In this document: positions 28,789-39,200 of the stretch, one piece after another | How the letters are laid out: each line of letters opens with the position of its first letter | Numbering within the stretch: the first letter of the stretch is position 1 | From: a virus | Reading direction: 5' to 3' (one strand) | Virus record (IMG/VR): IMGVR_UViG_3300037483_000594 | Span: 64,001 to 128,000 of that record | Length of the DNA: 64,000 nt | Program-made: the position numbers and the translations under genes | The notes under the pieces: generated by a model | Told to the model about the DNA's origin: nothing | Seen by the model: the letters and a program-made list of their open reading frames with translations, nothing else | Database searches by the model: none

Positions 28789-29901
28789 ATGCGTTGTGTA
28801 GTCGACATGTACGATGATCAGTTTGCCCTTTTCCGGAAAGCGCTGAACGGCGGTGCACCCCCGGAGTTTGTCAAGACTGCGCAGCTACTGACGGTTTCGG
28901 AGCGGGAGCAGCTCCCTGACCACTGCTTTGCCCTGATCATGCAAGAGCAGGGGGAGACCCTACGCAAGTTCGCGTGCGTTGATGCGGCGCACGTGGCGGT
29001 GAGTGCTGTCTACCTCGACAAGCTTGCGAGCACCCTTCCGAAGGAGGCCGTGTCCAAGGCAGCGAACAACCTGTGTTTGGCTTGCCGTCGCTTCTCGATG
29101 GAGGTCCCAGAACGTTTGCGGAAGCTGGCGGCTGAGAGGCGCACGGTGATCCACGCGGACAACGCGCCGTTTTTGGAGAAGGCAGCGGCCGAGGTCTCAG
29201 GGCAGTGGGACCCCTATGTCACCACCACCGAGAGGTGGCCGGTGGCCCGGATGGAAAAGACAGGGGCCTCGGTGCACATCCGGGGGGCTGAGTGCCCGGT
29301 CAACACGCTCGGGCAGGTGAAGACCGCGGCGGCCCGGTTCGAGGCTGCGCAGCGCGTGTTACACCCCAGGGACAAGCGGCAGCTTGCGGTCACGCTGCGA
29401 ACAAAGCTCGCAGAGTTTGGGGTGGAGCCCGAGCCGGAGAGCTCAGTGGCTGCCCTGTCCGGGGATGCGCTGCGCCCAGACGACGAGTTGGTGCGTGCTC
29501 TTACGCAGCGCGCGGAGTTGTGGTCTCCGGAGGAAGCGGGGCCGGCGAGTGCCATGGCTGTGGAGCTGCTGGAGCAAAAGGATTCGCTGTCTCCTGACGA
29601 ACTCGCGGAAGCGTTGGCCACCCTCGACATCTCTACCGGGCTGGACCAGTACTGGGGGAGCAAGCTCACCAGCCCGTGGGAAGCTTTGCTCAACGAGTAC
29701 CACGCGCCGGAGGAGACGACCTGGGACGTGGACGGTGCTCCTGTGACTGCGGGGGATCTGGCGGCTATCGTTGCCGCGAACGGTGAGCAGATCTCCGCAA
29801 CTCTTGGCCCGGACGTTCTGGATGGACTGACCTCGGACCCGGAGACGGTGTTCCCCTCCCTGCCTCTGGACGTTAAGAAGGCGATTGTCGCGCTTCGGTA
29901 G
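28789..29901 (+). CDS. virion/head-associated protein with K-x-A motifs
   Basis: FVKTA, RKLAA, EKAAA, VKTAA. Confidence 0.75.
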   Translation: MRCVVDMYDDQFALFRKALNGGAPPEFVKTAQLLTVSEREQLPDHCFALIMQEQGETLRKFACVDAAHVAVSAVYLDKLASTLPKEAVSKAANNLCLACRRFSMEVPERLRKLAAERRTVIHADNAPFLEKAAAEVSGQWDPYVTTTERWPVARMEKTGASVHIRGAECPVNTLGQVKTAAARFEAAQRVLHPRDKRQLAVTLRTKLAEFGVEPEPESSVAALSGDALRPDDELVRALTQRAELWSPEEAGPASAMAVELLEQKDSLSPDELAEALATLDISTGLDQYWGSKLTSPWEALLNEYHAPEETTWDVDGAPVTAGDLAAIVAANGEQISATLGPDVLDGLTSDPETVFPSLPLDVKKAIVALR

Positions 29902-29948
29902 TGGTATCATAAAAGTGGTGAGAACGCGCGAAGCGCAAAGGAGAAGCT

Positions 29949-31301
29949 ATGGGTAGCATCACGTTTGGGCCAAAGAGGCCGATCAGCCCGTTTCTTGCGC
30001 ACGGGTACAGTGGCAAGATCGGAGAGCTGTACCAGCTCCGGCGGCAGATCGACGACGCACTGACCGAGTTGGAAGGAAGGTCCGGGGACTTTCCGGTCAT
30101 CTACTCCACGACGACCGGGGTCCCCGCTGCCGGTGGGACCGCCACGATTCGTGGTGCGCACTTCCTGACGCAAAACGGCAAGACACAGACCTTTGCGTCC
30201 AAGACCTTCGGCACGGGGACGGCGGCGCTTACCATCACAGCGCTCAAGCCTGGCAAGGACGGGAACGACATCACCGTCGTTATCGTCCAAGGGGTGGGAG
30301 CGCTGGCGGTGACGGTGAGCAGCACGGCCATCACCATCACGCTGGCCGCCGCTGGGAGCACCGCCAACGCGGTGGCCACGGCCATCAATGCCGACAACGC
30401 TCAGACGCGTGGGTTGGTGCGTTGCGCCTCGGGCGGCGCCGGCACCGTGCTCATCGCGTCGCTGGCCCACCTGGCCGGGGGCACCGGGCTCGGGTTCTAC
30501 GCAGCGGTGGCCGGGGTCGAGCTGCTGCCCGCGAACACCGCAGGGACCGCAGGGGCGGCGGCGATCACGAACACCTCGATCGCGCTGACCGTGCCAGACC
30601 TTCGTGCGCAGTCCTACCCGCTGTACCCAGGGTACGACGTGGACTTCATCGTGCGCTGTGGCCCTGGGTCGGTGGCCCAGCAGCTCACACTCGTCTCCAG
30701 GACCCCTCCGGTGATCCAGGCGGTGGACGGCACCGCCCCCGCAGCGGCTGGCGGTGACTTCGAGCTGCACGGCTCCTACCTTACGCAGGGGCAGACCTTT
30801 GCGTCCAAGGTCTTCGGTATCGGGACGGCGGCGCTTACCATCACGGCGCTCAAGCCCGGGGACCCCGGAAACGACTTTACGGTCGTTATCGTTCAAGGCG
30901 CGGGTGCCCTGGCGGTGGCGATGGTCGGTACCGACATCACCATCACCTTGGCTGCTGCCGGAAGCACTGCCGACGCAGTGGCCACGGCCATCAACGCCAA
31001 CGCTGCGGACACCGACGGCTACGTGCGCTGTGCCTCAGGCGGGGGCGGCACCGTGCTCATCGCGGACCAAGCCAACCTCGAAGGGGGTGTCGGGGCCGGG
31101 TTCACCTGCACCGTGGGTGGCGTGGAAGCGCTTCCCGCCAACACCCCGGGGACCGCAGGGGCCGCTGCCATCACGGACGCTGTGGCTACCCTGACCGGTG
31201 CCGCCTTGGCCGGTGCCGGGCTGGTTGCCACCGACCGCGCGACGATCGTGATCGTCAGCGACAACGTCACCTCGAACGCCCCCATGGATATTCTCGCCTA
31301 G
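29949..31301 (+). CDS. Ala/Gly/Thr-rich structural protein with internal tandem duplication
   Basis: LTITALKPG..GND.TV motif (sheath-like) in two copies. Confidence 0.7.
   Translation: MGSITFGPKRPISPFLAHGYSGKIGELYQLRRQIDDALTELEGRSGDFPVIYSTTTGVPAAGGTATIRGAHFLTQNGKTQTFASKTFGTGTAALTITALKPGKDGNDITVVIVQGVGALAVTVSSTAITITLAAAGSTANAVATAINADNAQTRGLVRCASGGAGTVLIASLAHLAGGTGLGFYAAVAGVELLPANTAGTAGAAAITNTSIALTVPDLRAQSYPLYPGYDVDFIVRCGPGSVAQQLTLVSRTPPVIQAVDGTAPAAAGGDFELHGSYLTQGQTFASKVFGIGTAALTITALKPGDPGNDFTVVIVQGAGALAVAMVGTDITITLAAAGSTADAVATAINANAADTDGYVRCASGGGGTVLIADQANLEGGVGAGFTCTVGGVEALPANTPGTAGAAAITDAVATLTGAALAGAGLVATDRATIVIVSDNVTSNAPMDILA
30186..31195 (+). repeat. intragenic direct repeat, two copies 606 nt apart
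   Basis: CAGACCTTTGCGTCCAAG at 30186 and 30792; near-identical for about 400 nt. Confidence 0.9.
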
Positions 31302-31338
31302 TACTGTCCAAACTTTTTTCGTCTTGTATACTTGAACC

Positions 31339-32100
31339 ATGGCGCGCCCTTTTAGTGCGGAGACCCTCTTCACACACCACGACTCACACCCCGTTGTTCT
31401 TGCGTCTGTTTTGGTAGAGCATCTTGACCCAGAGTGGGTTCTGTGGGAACCCGAAACATTGCGAGAAGAGATCCTCTCGGTTTTCAAAAAAAGCGACATA
31501 AGTACGCTCGTTTGGCAGAAGATTCAGGCAGTGCGGACGTGCATTGCTGTCGAGTCTCCGTGGAAAAACTACGGTGTTTTCGCCGTGGTACTGCAGCCGA
31601 TAAACAACAACCTGGTCGACTTTGTCTCGTTGCAACAGCCCACGTTGGCGCAGTGTGCTTTTGCGGTGACGGTGCTTCAGGAGATCGACGATCACGTGTT
31701 CAGTGACGAGGTGGAGCGCTTTGTCGCGGCGGAGGCTTTGGACGACGGGGTGGTCTGTCTTCCGCGTGTTCTGTCTTTCGCGCAAGAGTGGGTCACCGAG
31801 CCGCGGTACAGGTGCGCTTGTGGGTGGGTTGGTGACGCGCGTGAGGTGGACACCTGTTGGCGGTGTGGCGGGTCCTCACTCAAAAGGTTCTCTGTTTTCG
31901 ACCCCTCCCCGGTGCAGAAACGGTATGATGAGTTTGTCAAAAAGGCGGATCGTAGCGCTCTTAGCCTCGACGATGGTATTGATGTGCAAGTCAGTAAGCT
32001 GCTGATGATCGACGGCTACCTGTCGTATCGCAATCGGCTTAAAACGGAGCAGACGGATGTCCTCAAGCAAGCTGGACTACTTCGCGGAGATGATAGCTAG
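31339..32100 (+). CDS. hypothetical morphogenesis-cluster protein with Zn ribbon
   Basis: WEPET motif; CxC...CxxC. Confidence 0.7.
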   Translation: MARPFSAETLFTHHDSHPVVLASVLVEHLDPEWVLWEPETLREEILSVFKKSDISTLVWQKIQAVRTCIAVESPWKNYGVFAVVLQPINNNLVDFVSLQQPTLAQCAFAVTVLQEIDDHVFSDEVERFVAAEALDDGVVCLPRVLSFAQEWVTEPRYRCACGWVGDAREVDTCWRCGGSSLKRFSVFDPSPVQKRYDEFVKKADRSALSLDDGIDVQVSKLLMIDGYLSYRNRLKTEQTDVLKQAGLLRGDDS

Positions 32101-33064
32101 CACCGCCGAGGCGGAGGCGGTCGAGAAGCTGGCGGCCCTGCCCCTGAGGGGGCTACGCCCGCTTATGCGAGAGCTGCGGGTGTCTGCCCCGAACACAGGG
32201 CGGCTTGTAGGGCTAGGGGCCGGGGCTGCCGTGGGGGCCGGGGCTGGGGCGCTCGCCTCCCCAGAAGACAGGGCAGGGGGCGCGCTGAAAGGTGGGCTTA
32301 TCGGTGGGGGCGCCGGGCTGGTCGGTGGTCAGTTTTTGACACGGGGAGGGGTAACCCAAGCCAAGAACTTCGGGTTGCGGCAGCTTCACGGGGCCACAGG
32401 GTACCTTCCTGGGCAGGGGCTGGCGGGGGTGCACTCCATGACCCCAGCGCAACGCACGGCAGCCTTGGAGCAGATCGGTTGGAACGTGCCCAAGGGGCAC
32501 GCCGTTGACCAAGCGGGGAAGCTGACCGCGGGCGCACTAGGCACCATGAAGTCGGACATCGCGGCCAAGCGCGGGGGCCTGGCCAAGTGGTTCTCCGGGA
32601 CGGGGGTGGGCTCTCGGTGGGAAGGGAGCAAGGCGCGAGACCTTCTTCTCCGGAGCAGAGCCGCTTCGGAAAATGCGAACAGAGCTCTGGTGGAACAAGG
32701 GCTCACGAATCTTCCGGGCGCGGCACGTGGGTACGCCCTGGGGGCCAAGGGCACGGGGCTCACCAGGTTGCAGCAGCTCAAAACGAACTTGATCGCCCCT
32801 GGGATAGCCATGGGGGTGGGGCTCCCCGCTCTGTCGATCGCTGGCTCTGCTGCCGAGTCCTTGGAAAACAAAGACCCGCGCGGGTTCGCAAGCGACGTCG
32901 TTGACACAGCGGGGTGGTCGGCGTTTGCTGGGTTGCCTATGCTGCCGGCACTGGCAGTAGGGCAGGGTATCGGGGCCGGGTCTAGGCTGCTTCTCGGGAA
33001 GCGTCCGAACCCCGCTGAGGTGCAACGGCTGGTGGGCAACGAGACCACGTGGGGTCCGCGATGA
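32090..33064 (+). CDS. Gly-rich K-x-A protein (putative internal/ejection protein)
   Basis: EKLAA followed by glycine-zipper segments; start may be 32057. Confidence 0.7.
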   Translation: MIASTAEAEAVEKLAALPLRGLRPLMRELRVSAPNTGRLVGLGAGAAVGAGAGALASPEDRAGGALKGGLIGGGAGLVGGQFLTRGGVTQAKNFGLRQLHGATGYLPGQGLAGVHSMTPAQRTAALEQIGWNVPKGHAVDQAGKLTAGALGTMKSDIAAKRGGLAKWFSGTGVGSRWEGSKARDLLLRSRAASENANRALVEQGLTNLPGAARGYALGAKGTGLTRLQQLKTNLIAPGIAMGVGLPALSIAGSAAESLENKDPRGFASDVVDTAGWSAFAGLPMLPALAVGQGIGAGSRLLLGKRPNPAEVQRLVGNETTWGPR

Positions 33065-34824
33065 GTCTGAACAACCCGCCGCAGGGCGGTTCCTACCGTG
33101 GAAGAGTCCGGGGAGGTTACACCGGGAGCCAGAGGTGGATCACCTACCCCGACCCGTTCTTTGACATAGCCGGGCTTTACCTTCCGGACAACATCAAAGA
33201 TCTGTTCCAGTGGTGTAGCTTTTACGCCACAGTTGACCCTATCGTCTCGTCCGCCGTGGGGTTCTTGGCCGAGTACCCTGTGACCAAGATTGGTGTCGAC
33301 GACGAAGACAAGTACGTGCGCGAGTTGTACGAAGACTACTTCAAGCAAGACCTGAACTTGCGTGCTCGCCTCATTGATGTTGGGCTGCACTACCAGACCT
33401 TTGGGAACGCGCTGGTGAGCTTGCTCTTCCCGTTTGTGAAGATGCTGACCTGCCCGAACTGCGGGGCCAGGGAGAAGGCGCGGGACGCTCAGTACAAGTT
33501 CCGGAACTTTCGGTTCCACCTGACCTGTCGTCGGTGTGGAGTCACTGGGGTCGCGGAAGCGCGCGACCAGTACTTGAAGACCACGAAGGGCGCTCGGTTG
33601 CTCGTGTGGGACATGACACGCATCGACAGCGTGCACAGTGAGATCACGGGGCGCTGCCGCTTCTACTACAACCCTCCTGTGGTGCTTGTCAACTCTTTGA
33701 AGTTGGGCACCGACCCGGACTTGGTTACCAGCACGCCGCAGGCGTTGATAGAGTCGGTGCAGAGGGGGGTGAAGCTCGCCCTCTCCGAAGAGAACGTCTA
33801 CCACATCCGACGCCCAACGGTCCTGAGCAGCCGGGCAAGGGGGCTGGGGGCACCCCCGCTCCTGCCTGTTCTGCGGAACCTGTTTCACATCACCCTGATG
33901 CGGAAGGCACAAGAGGCAGCACTCTCCGAAAAGTTGCTGCCTTTCCAAACCGTCTTTCCGCAGGCTGCCGCCGCTGGGGCCAGCCCGTTCGAGATGGTCA
34001 ACCTCGTGGACTGGGAGGACCGTGTCTACGACGAGATCATGAAGTGGCGGAGAGACCCGCTGCACATCGCTATCATGCCGATTCCCATGGGCTACCAGGC
34101 CCTGGGCGGAGAGGGCCGGGCGCTCCTGGTTACCAACGAGATTCGGAGCGAGTACGAGCTGGTGTTGGCCGGGATGGGTGTCTCTCCGGACATACCCTTT
34201 GGCGGTGCTTCGTACGCGGGGAGCAACGTCACTCTGCGGATGATGGAGAACAAGTTCCTGGCGTACCGCGCAGGGCTCGCGGAGATGATCGAGAGCTTCA
34301 TCATCCGGAGAACTGCGGCGTACATGGACTGGCCTCTGGTTCGTGCGCACGTACAGAACTTCAAGATGGCGGACGACCTCCAACGCAAGGCTTTCCTGTT
34401 GGAGCTGAACACCATGAAGAAGGTGTCCACCACAACCTTGCAGCGTGAAGCTGACCTGAACCCGGAAGAAGAGAACCGGCTTATCAAGGTTGAGGTCGCG
34501 CGTGATCTTGAGATCCTCCGGAAACAGCAGATGGGCGAAGCCGAGGTCATGGGAGAGGTGGGCCTGCTCCAGGCGAAGTACCAGGCCAAGGCCCAACAGC
34601 AGATGGCCCTGGAACAGCAACAGATGATGCAGGGGCAGTACGGCGTGGCCCCCGGGGAGTCCGGGGACGTGGGCGCACAGGCCCCTCTCGACCCAGCGAT
34701 GCTGCAGTCCATCCCCCAACTTCCGCAGGCTCCGCCCGAACAGTACCCCCAGGGCGGAGAAGGGGGTCTCCCCCTCCCGGAGGTGTACCCTCCGCGCCGT
34801 GGACCCGAGAGTGCCCTTATCTAG
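33061..34824 (+). CDS. putative portal protein with Zn-ribbon insertion
   Basis: About 587 aa; Y..FGNALVS, YHIRRP..G.G.PP, LAGMGVS...GG.SYAGS; Gln/Pro-rich tail. Confidence 0.65.
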   Translation: MSLNNPPQGGSYRGRVRGGYTGSQRWITYPDPFFDIAGLYLPDNIKDLFQWCSFYATVDPIVSSAVGFLAEYPVTKIGVDDEDKYVRELYEDYFKQDLNLRARLIDVGLHYQTFGNALVSLLFPFVKMLTCPNCGAREKARDAQYKFRNFRFHLTCRRCGVTGVAEARDQYLKTTKGARLLVWDMTRIDSVHSEITGRCRFYYNPPVVLVNSLKLGTDPDLVTSTPQALIESVQRGVKLALSEENVYHIRRPTVLSSRARGLGAPPLLPVLRNLFHITLMRKAQEAALSEKLLPFQTVFPQAAAAGASPFEMVNLVDWEDRVYDEIMKWRRDPLHIAIMPIPMGYQALGGEGRALLVTNEIRSEYELVLAGMGVSPDIPFGGASYAGSNVTLRMMENKFLAYRAGLAEMIESFIIRRTAAYMDWPLVRAHVQNFKMADDLQRKAFLLELNTMKKVSTTTLQREADLNPEEENRLIKVEVARDLEILRKQQMGEAEVMGEVGLLQAKYQAKAQQQMALEQQQMMQGQYGVAPGESGDVGAQAPLDPAMLQSIPQLPQAPPEQYPQGGEGGLPLPEVYPPRRGPESALI

Positions 34825-34849
34825 GTAAAAGAGAGCATTGCGCTCTCTG
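34825..34849 (-). terminator. intrinsic terminator
   Basis: AGAGAGC-gcaat-GCTCTCT followed by TTT. Confidence 0.65.
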
Positions 34850-34868
34850 AGTATGTAGTGAGAGTACG

Positions 34869-35183
34869 CTACGCGGGATTGAAGTCCCACCCACCATGGG
34901 TGAGGATGGTCTCGATCCCCTCTCTGAGGGGCACGAAACTCTCCTCCTCACCGTATGCGCAGTAGCCGAACCCTGGGCTCCAGCTCTTCTTGACGAGGAA
35001 GCCCCTCTTTTCCCCGAGGTAAGCTGGCGTTACGGTCACGTCGTCGTGACCGTAATCTGAGTGATTCTCCTCGAAGGAGAATACGGAGAACTCCCCCACC
35101 AGGAGGGGAGTTTCGCAATCCTCGGGCTCCGACTGCGCTGTCGGACCCCTTCGCATCATAGATGTTTTTTCAACGAACTTCAT
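34869..35183 (-). CDS. hypothetical early protein
   Basis: ATGA-coupled to the upstream gene. Confidence 0.6.
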   Translation of the reverse strand: MKFVEKTSMMRRGPTAQSEPEDCETPLLVGEFSVFSFEENHSDYGHDDVTVTPAYLGEKRGFLVKKSWSPGFGYCAYGEEESFVPLREGIETILTHGGWDFNPA

Positions 35184-35593
35184 CTTTCTACCTCTCTGCA
35201 GACGTAACAGGCCGACCAGTTTCGGCCTTCACCAATGCAGTCCCCGGCGTTGTAGTAGACGATGCCGGGCCGAACGAACTGGACGAGACCGGCTCGTCCG
35301 GAAACACAGCCATTGTCCATGCTTGGAGGAGGGGACGCCACCGGGCACTCTCCGGAGGGGGAGGCCCATACACAAGCCCCGGAGTACCCCCCGGAGCCGA
35401 AGTACGAAGACCCCTCCTCGACGTGCACCACGTCGCCGACGGCGACTTCGACGCGCGGGTGGCGCTCGTCCTTCTCCGCGTCCCACCGACGAGTCGTCCC
35501 GTGCAGGTTCCCCGGGGGAACAATATTCCCCTGGTGGAGCGACTCCTCGATCGCCTTCTTCCATTCGTCAAATGAGAATTTCGATTTCTTCAT
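35180..35593 (-). CDS. hypothetical early protein
   Basis: MKKSKFSF... start after GAGGAAAGG. Confidence 0.55.
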   Translation of the reverse strand: MKKSKFSFDEWKKAIEESLHQGNIVPPGNLHGTTRRWDAEKDERHPRVEVAVGDVVHVEEGSSYFGSGGYSGACVWASPSGECPVASPPPSMDNGCVSGRAGLVQFVRPGIVYYNAGDCIGEGRNWSACYVCREVER

Positions 35594-35704
35594 TCTCTTA
35601 TCCTTTCCTCGTCGATGATGAGGCACAAAGCCAACCAGGGGACTCCTCGCTCATCGCGGCACGTGTGCCACGCGAGCGTCTCCCCGTCCTCTGTTGAGGA
35701 CGGG

Positions 35705-35926
35705 TCATACCACCCCCGCTCGCTGAGGCGAACGGGGGGAGAAGTCGACAGTCCCGTAGCGGGACGATCGACCATCCGCCTGCACGCCGAACGGCGTGTT
35801 GGCAACTAGCACCACCCCGTCCTCGACGGGGTGACGCCGAAACACTGAAACCCCGTCTGGGCCGCAGAGCAGCCCGGACAAGATCTCGCAGCCTTCGGGG
35901 GCTGCGACCAGCTTTGCTTTTAGCAT
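35705..35926 (-). CDS. hypothetical early protein
   Basis: MLKAKLVA... start after AGGGAGG. Confidence 0.55.
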   Translation of the reverse strand: MLKAKLVAAPEGCEILSGLLCGPDGVSVFRRHPVEDGVVLVANTPFGVQADGRSSRYGTVDFSPRSPQRAGVV

Positions 35927-35937
35927 TGGGCCTCCCT

Positions 35938-35994
35938 TGGCCCCTGTGCCAGGGCTCAACCTGGCGCACCCGCCCTACTGAGGGCGGCACAGGG
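35938..35994 (-). ncRNA. mini tRNA-like element ending in G-CCA
   Basis: CCCTGTG/CACAGGG acceptor, CCGCCCT-cagt-AGGGCGG hairpin, CCAGG-ttgagc-CCTGG T-like arm. Confidence 0.45.
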
Positions 35995-36086
35995 GGCACT
36001 TCACAACTGAAGGCTGCGTAGTCCTAACCAGGCTGCCCACGCGAGGGCGCCTGCCAGGACTGCGCAGCCAAACATTCGGAGCAGAA

Positions 36087-36185
36087 TCACTGCTCCGGCT
36101 CCGGCTCCGGTGGGGGGTCTACCTCCACCGGAGTTTGCAACTCCTCCAGGATTGCGTCCTGGAGAAGCTGCTGGTCGATGGTCAC
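36087..36185 (-). CDS. 32-aa acidic micropeptide (not in ORF track)
   Basis: AAGGAGG RBS, GTG start; MTIDQQLLQDAILEELQTPVEVDPPPEPEPEQ. Confidence 0.55.
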   Translation of the reverse strand: MTIDQQLLQDAILEELQTPVEVDPPPEPEPEQ

Positions 36186-36218
36186 ATGCAACCTCCTTGT
36201 ATGTGCTCCTCTATCAGA

Positions 36219-36228
36219 TTCTTATAAC
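36219..36228 (-). promoter_or_regulatory. putative phage promoter GTTATAAGAA
   Basis: Repeated motif. Confidence 0.7.
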
Positions 36229-36234
36229 CGCACA

Positions 36235-36263
36235 TTGAGCCAGCCTTTCAGGGCTGATAGAGT
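36235..36263 (+). promoter_or_regulatory. sigma70-like promoter of the RNAP gene
   Basis: TTGAGC-N17-TAGAGT with extended TG. Confidence 0.6.
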
Positions 36264-36280
36264 TGGCGTAAGGAGCACGA

Positions 36281-39200
36281 ATGGCACGTCTCGACCCAGG
36301 GGAAACTTTTGAAGCGCTGAAGGGGGAGGTCACCAAGGCGATAAAGTCGCAGTTTCCGCAAGTGGGGTCGCAGCACGTTCTTGAGCTGCGCGATGTCGTG
36401 GTGGACGACAACGTCTCGTCGGACGAGGTTTCCACACAGGCCGCAGCGAAGCTAGACGGCAAAACGTTTGGTGTGCCCATAAAAGCGTCTTTGGTCCTCA
36501 GGGACAAGGCGTCCGGAAAGGTGCTCGACGAGCGTGTGCAACGGGTAGGCACCCTTCCGAAGATCACCAGCCGCTACTCTTGGATAGTCCGGGGCACAGA
36601 GTACCAGGTAGACAACCAGTTCAGGCTGCGCCCGGGCGTGTACACGACGGTCCACAAAGACGGAGGGCTCGAGAGCTTCTTGAACTTCGAGGGTATCCCC
36701 CTTCACATAAAGTTTGACCCCAAGTCCAAGAAGTTTGCGGTGAAACACAAGACCGCTTCTCCGCCTCTGTACCCTGTGATGCGTGCACTGGGGTTTTCGG
36801 ATGAACAGTTGCGGGATGCCTGGGGCAAGGAGATCTTGGCGGCGAACCAAGTGGACACCTCCGGGCGCCCTCTGCAGGTGGACAAACGGGCCATGGACTT
36901 CGCCCGAAAGCTCGTCCCTGCCGCAGAGGTGAACACGCTGGCCGAGGCTTCACGAGCCATTAAGACGTACCTCGGTGCCAAGACGTTGCACCCGGACGTG
37001 ACCGAGAAGACGTTGGGAGCTCGGTACGACACCATCACCCCCGACGTCTTTCGAGCCTCAACGGAGCGGCTGCTTGGGATAGCGCGCGGAGAGCAAAAAC
37101 CGGACACCCGTGACGCCCTGCACTTCAAGGAGCTGAACGGTGTCGAGGACCTGTTGTCAGAGCGGCTCGCGAAGAACGCCAAGATGAACGCGCGCCGGAT
37201 AGCCAACAACCTCGACAAGAAGACGGAGATTCGCCAGATCGTTGGGACGGGGCACTTTAACAGCCAGCTACACGGCTTTTTTGCCGACTCAACATTGGCG
37301 TCGCTGGCCCAGCAGACGAACCCCCTCCGCATGATCGATGGGCACACCCGCACCACCATCATGGGAGAGGGTGGGATCAAAAGCGCGAACGCCGTCACCG
37401 ATGAGGCAAAGCTTGTGGACCCCAGTCACTTTGGGGTGCTCGACCCCCTCGTGACTCCCGAGAGCGGGAAGGCCGGGGTCTCGTTGCAGCTCGCCATCGG
37501 CGCCAAGAAGGACGGAAAGACACTCGCCGTTCCCCTCATCAACGTGAAGACCGGGAAGGTCGAGTTCGTCAACACGGCCAAGGTAAACGACGTTGTGGTG
37601 GCCATGCCCGACGCCGTTACCTTCTCGCAAGGAAAGTTGGTGGCCAAGGACGGCGGGTCCACTGTCCGGGCGAGTGTCAAGGACAACGAGTTCCGGGAGG
37701 TCCCTCTCCGGGAAGTGCAGTACGTGGCCCCCAAGGCTACCCAGATGTTCTCCTTGTCGTCGAACTTGGTGCCGTTCCTGGCGTCGAACTCTCCGAACCG
37801 GGCTTCCATGAGCGGGAGGCACCAGGAGCAGGCGATCAGCTTGAAGTACCGGGAGCCCCCCCTGGTGCGCTCGGCCCTTGGGGACAAGAGCTTTGGGGAG
37901 ATCCTGGGGCAGTTCGCCGCGCAGCACTCTCCTGTCTCCGGAGAGGTGGTGGCTGTGGAGCCTGGGCTGATGAAGATCAAAGGCCCTGACGGAGTGAAAG
38001 AGGTACAGCTCTACAACCACTACCCGCTCAACGACAAGAAAGGCCAGTTGCACTCCACCCCCTCCGTGAAGGTAGGGGACAAGGTCAAGGCCGGGCAGCT
38101 CATCGCTGACACGAACTTCAGCGCTGACGGAATCTACGCCCCCGGGAAAAACCTGCAGGTTGCCTACCTACCATGGGGCGGCCAAAGTGTTAGCGGGGAT
38201 ACGTACGTTTATTGGGTTGACTCGCAGGGCGGGCACTTTGGACCAATCGGTAATATGCCGGCGCAGGGGGAAGTGTACGCCAACGTTCTGGATTCAGAAT
38301 CTGTAGAGGGCCGGTTGCATCGTGTTCACAGTTTTATAGGTCATTACACCGCCGAGCCTATGTTTGAAATCAAGATGTTAGAGCCGTTTCGAGTTAAAGC
38401 AACCGCATGTCACAGTTTTATTACAATTGATGAGACAGGGGGCTTTGTAAACATTACACCGGCCAAGATGATACCGCGAAAAACACTCTTGCCTGTTGTA
38501 CAGCCGACGTTGCGCTTCAGTAGTCAAATAGGGCAGATGTTTTGTAAATCAAAAACTGCTGGTGGTATTTCTGTGTCATTTCCTATGGATAAAGACGCGG
38601 GGTACGTTTTTGGTGTTTACACAGCAGAGGGGTGCTCCCTGGGAGGAACTAGGGGGTGTAAAGGACTTAGTATCTCGGTTACTGAGGGGGACCTATTAGA
38701 GCGATTAGAAAGTATTTTAGACAAGTGGGGTGTTAGCCATTCACGACGTTTGCGTGGGGTAAACATACACAATTCCGCAGTCGGCCGCATTGTTACAGAC
38801 GCCTGCGGCTGTCTTGCGCAATTTAAAAAGATACCCGACTTGCTGTGGTCTCAACATCCAGATTTTATTGATGGATTTTTGGACGGGTACTGGAGTGGCG
38901 ACGGTACTTGTTCTGATAAGCAGTTTACTGCGTCGACTGTATCTCGAGAACTGGCGGAGGGGTTGATATTTTTACTTGCGGCACGAGGAGTTAAGGCGCG
39001 GTACAGAACGTACAAGATCCCAGGACATCAAGACCAAAACCTGATAAATGTTTACAGAGAAACACTTGATAAATTTCCAGCACTGAGTTCTGGTCGAAAA
39101 GAACTTCTTCGACAGGAGTTAATAGCCAAGGGTACTGAGCACGGGCGGGATCGAATTCCTATCCCCGAGGCGTATCGCGACGAAGTAAAAAAAGCGCTGC

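Noticed and set aside
32386-34890. Long antisense ORFs (834 aa here; also 3066-4682, 6048-7766, 47899-49590, 39851-41020)
   Set aside because: Shadow frames of GC-rich genes on the opposite strand, with no motifs or RBS
35594-35603. GGATAAGAGA as another promoter copy
   Set aside because: Only a partial match, directly adjacent to the ATG and overlapping the RBS region
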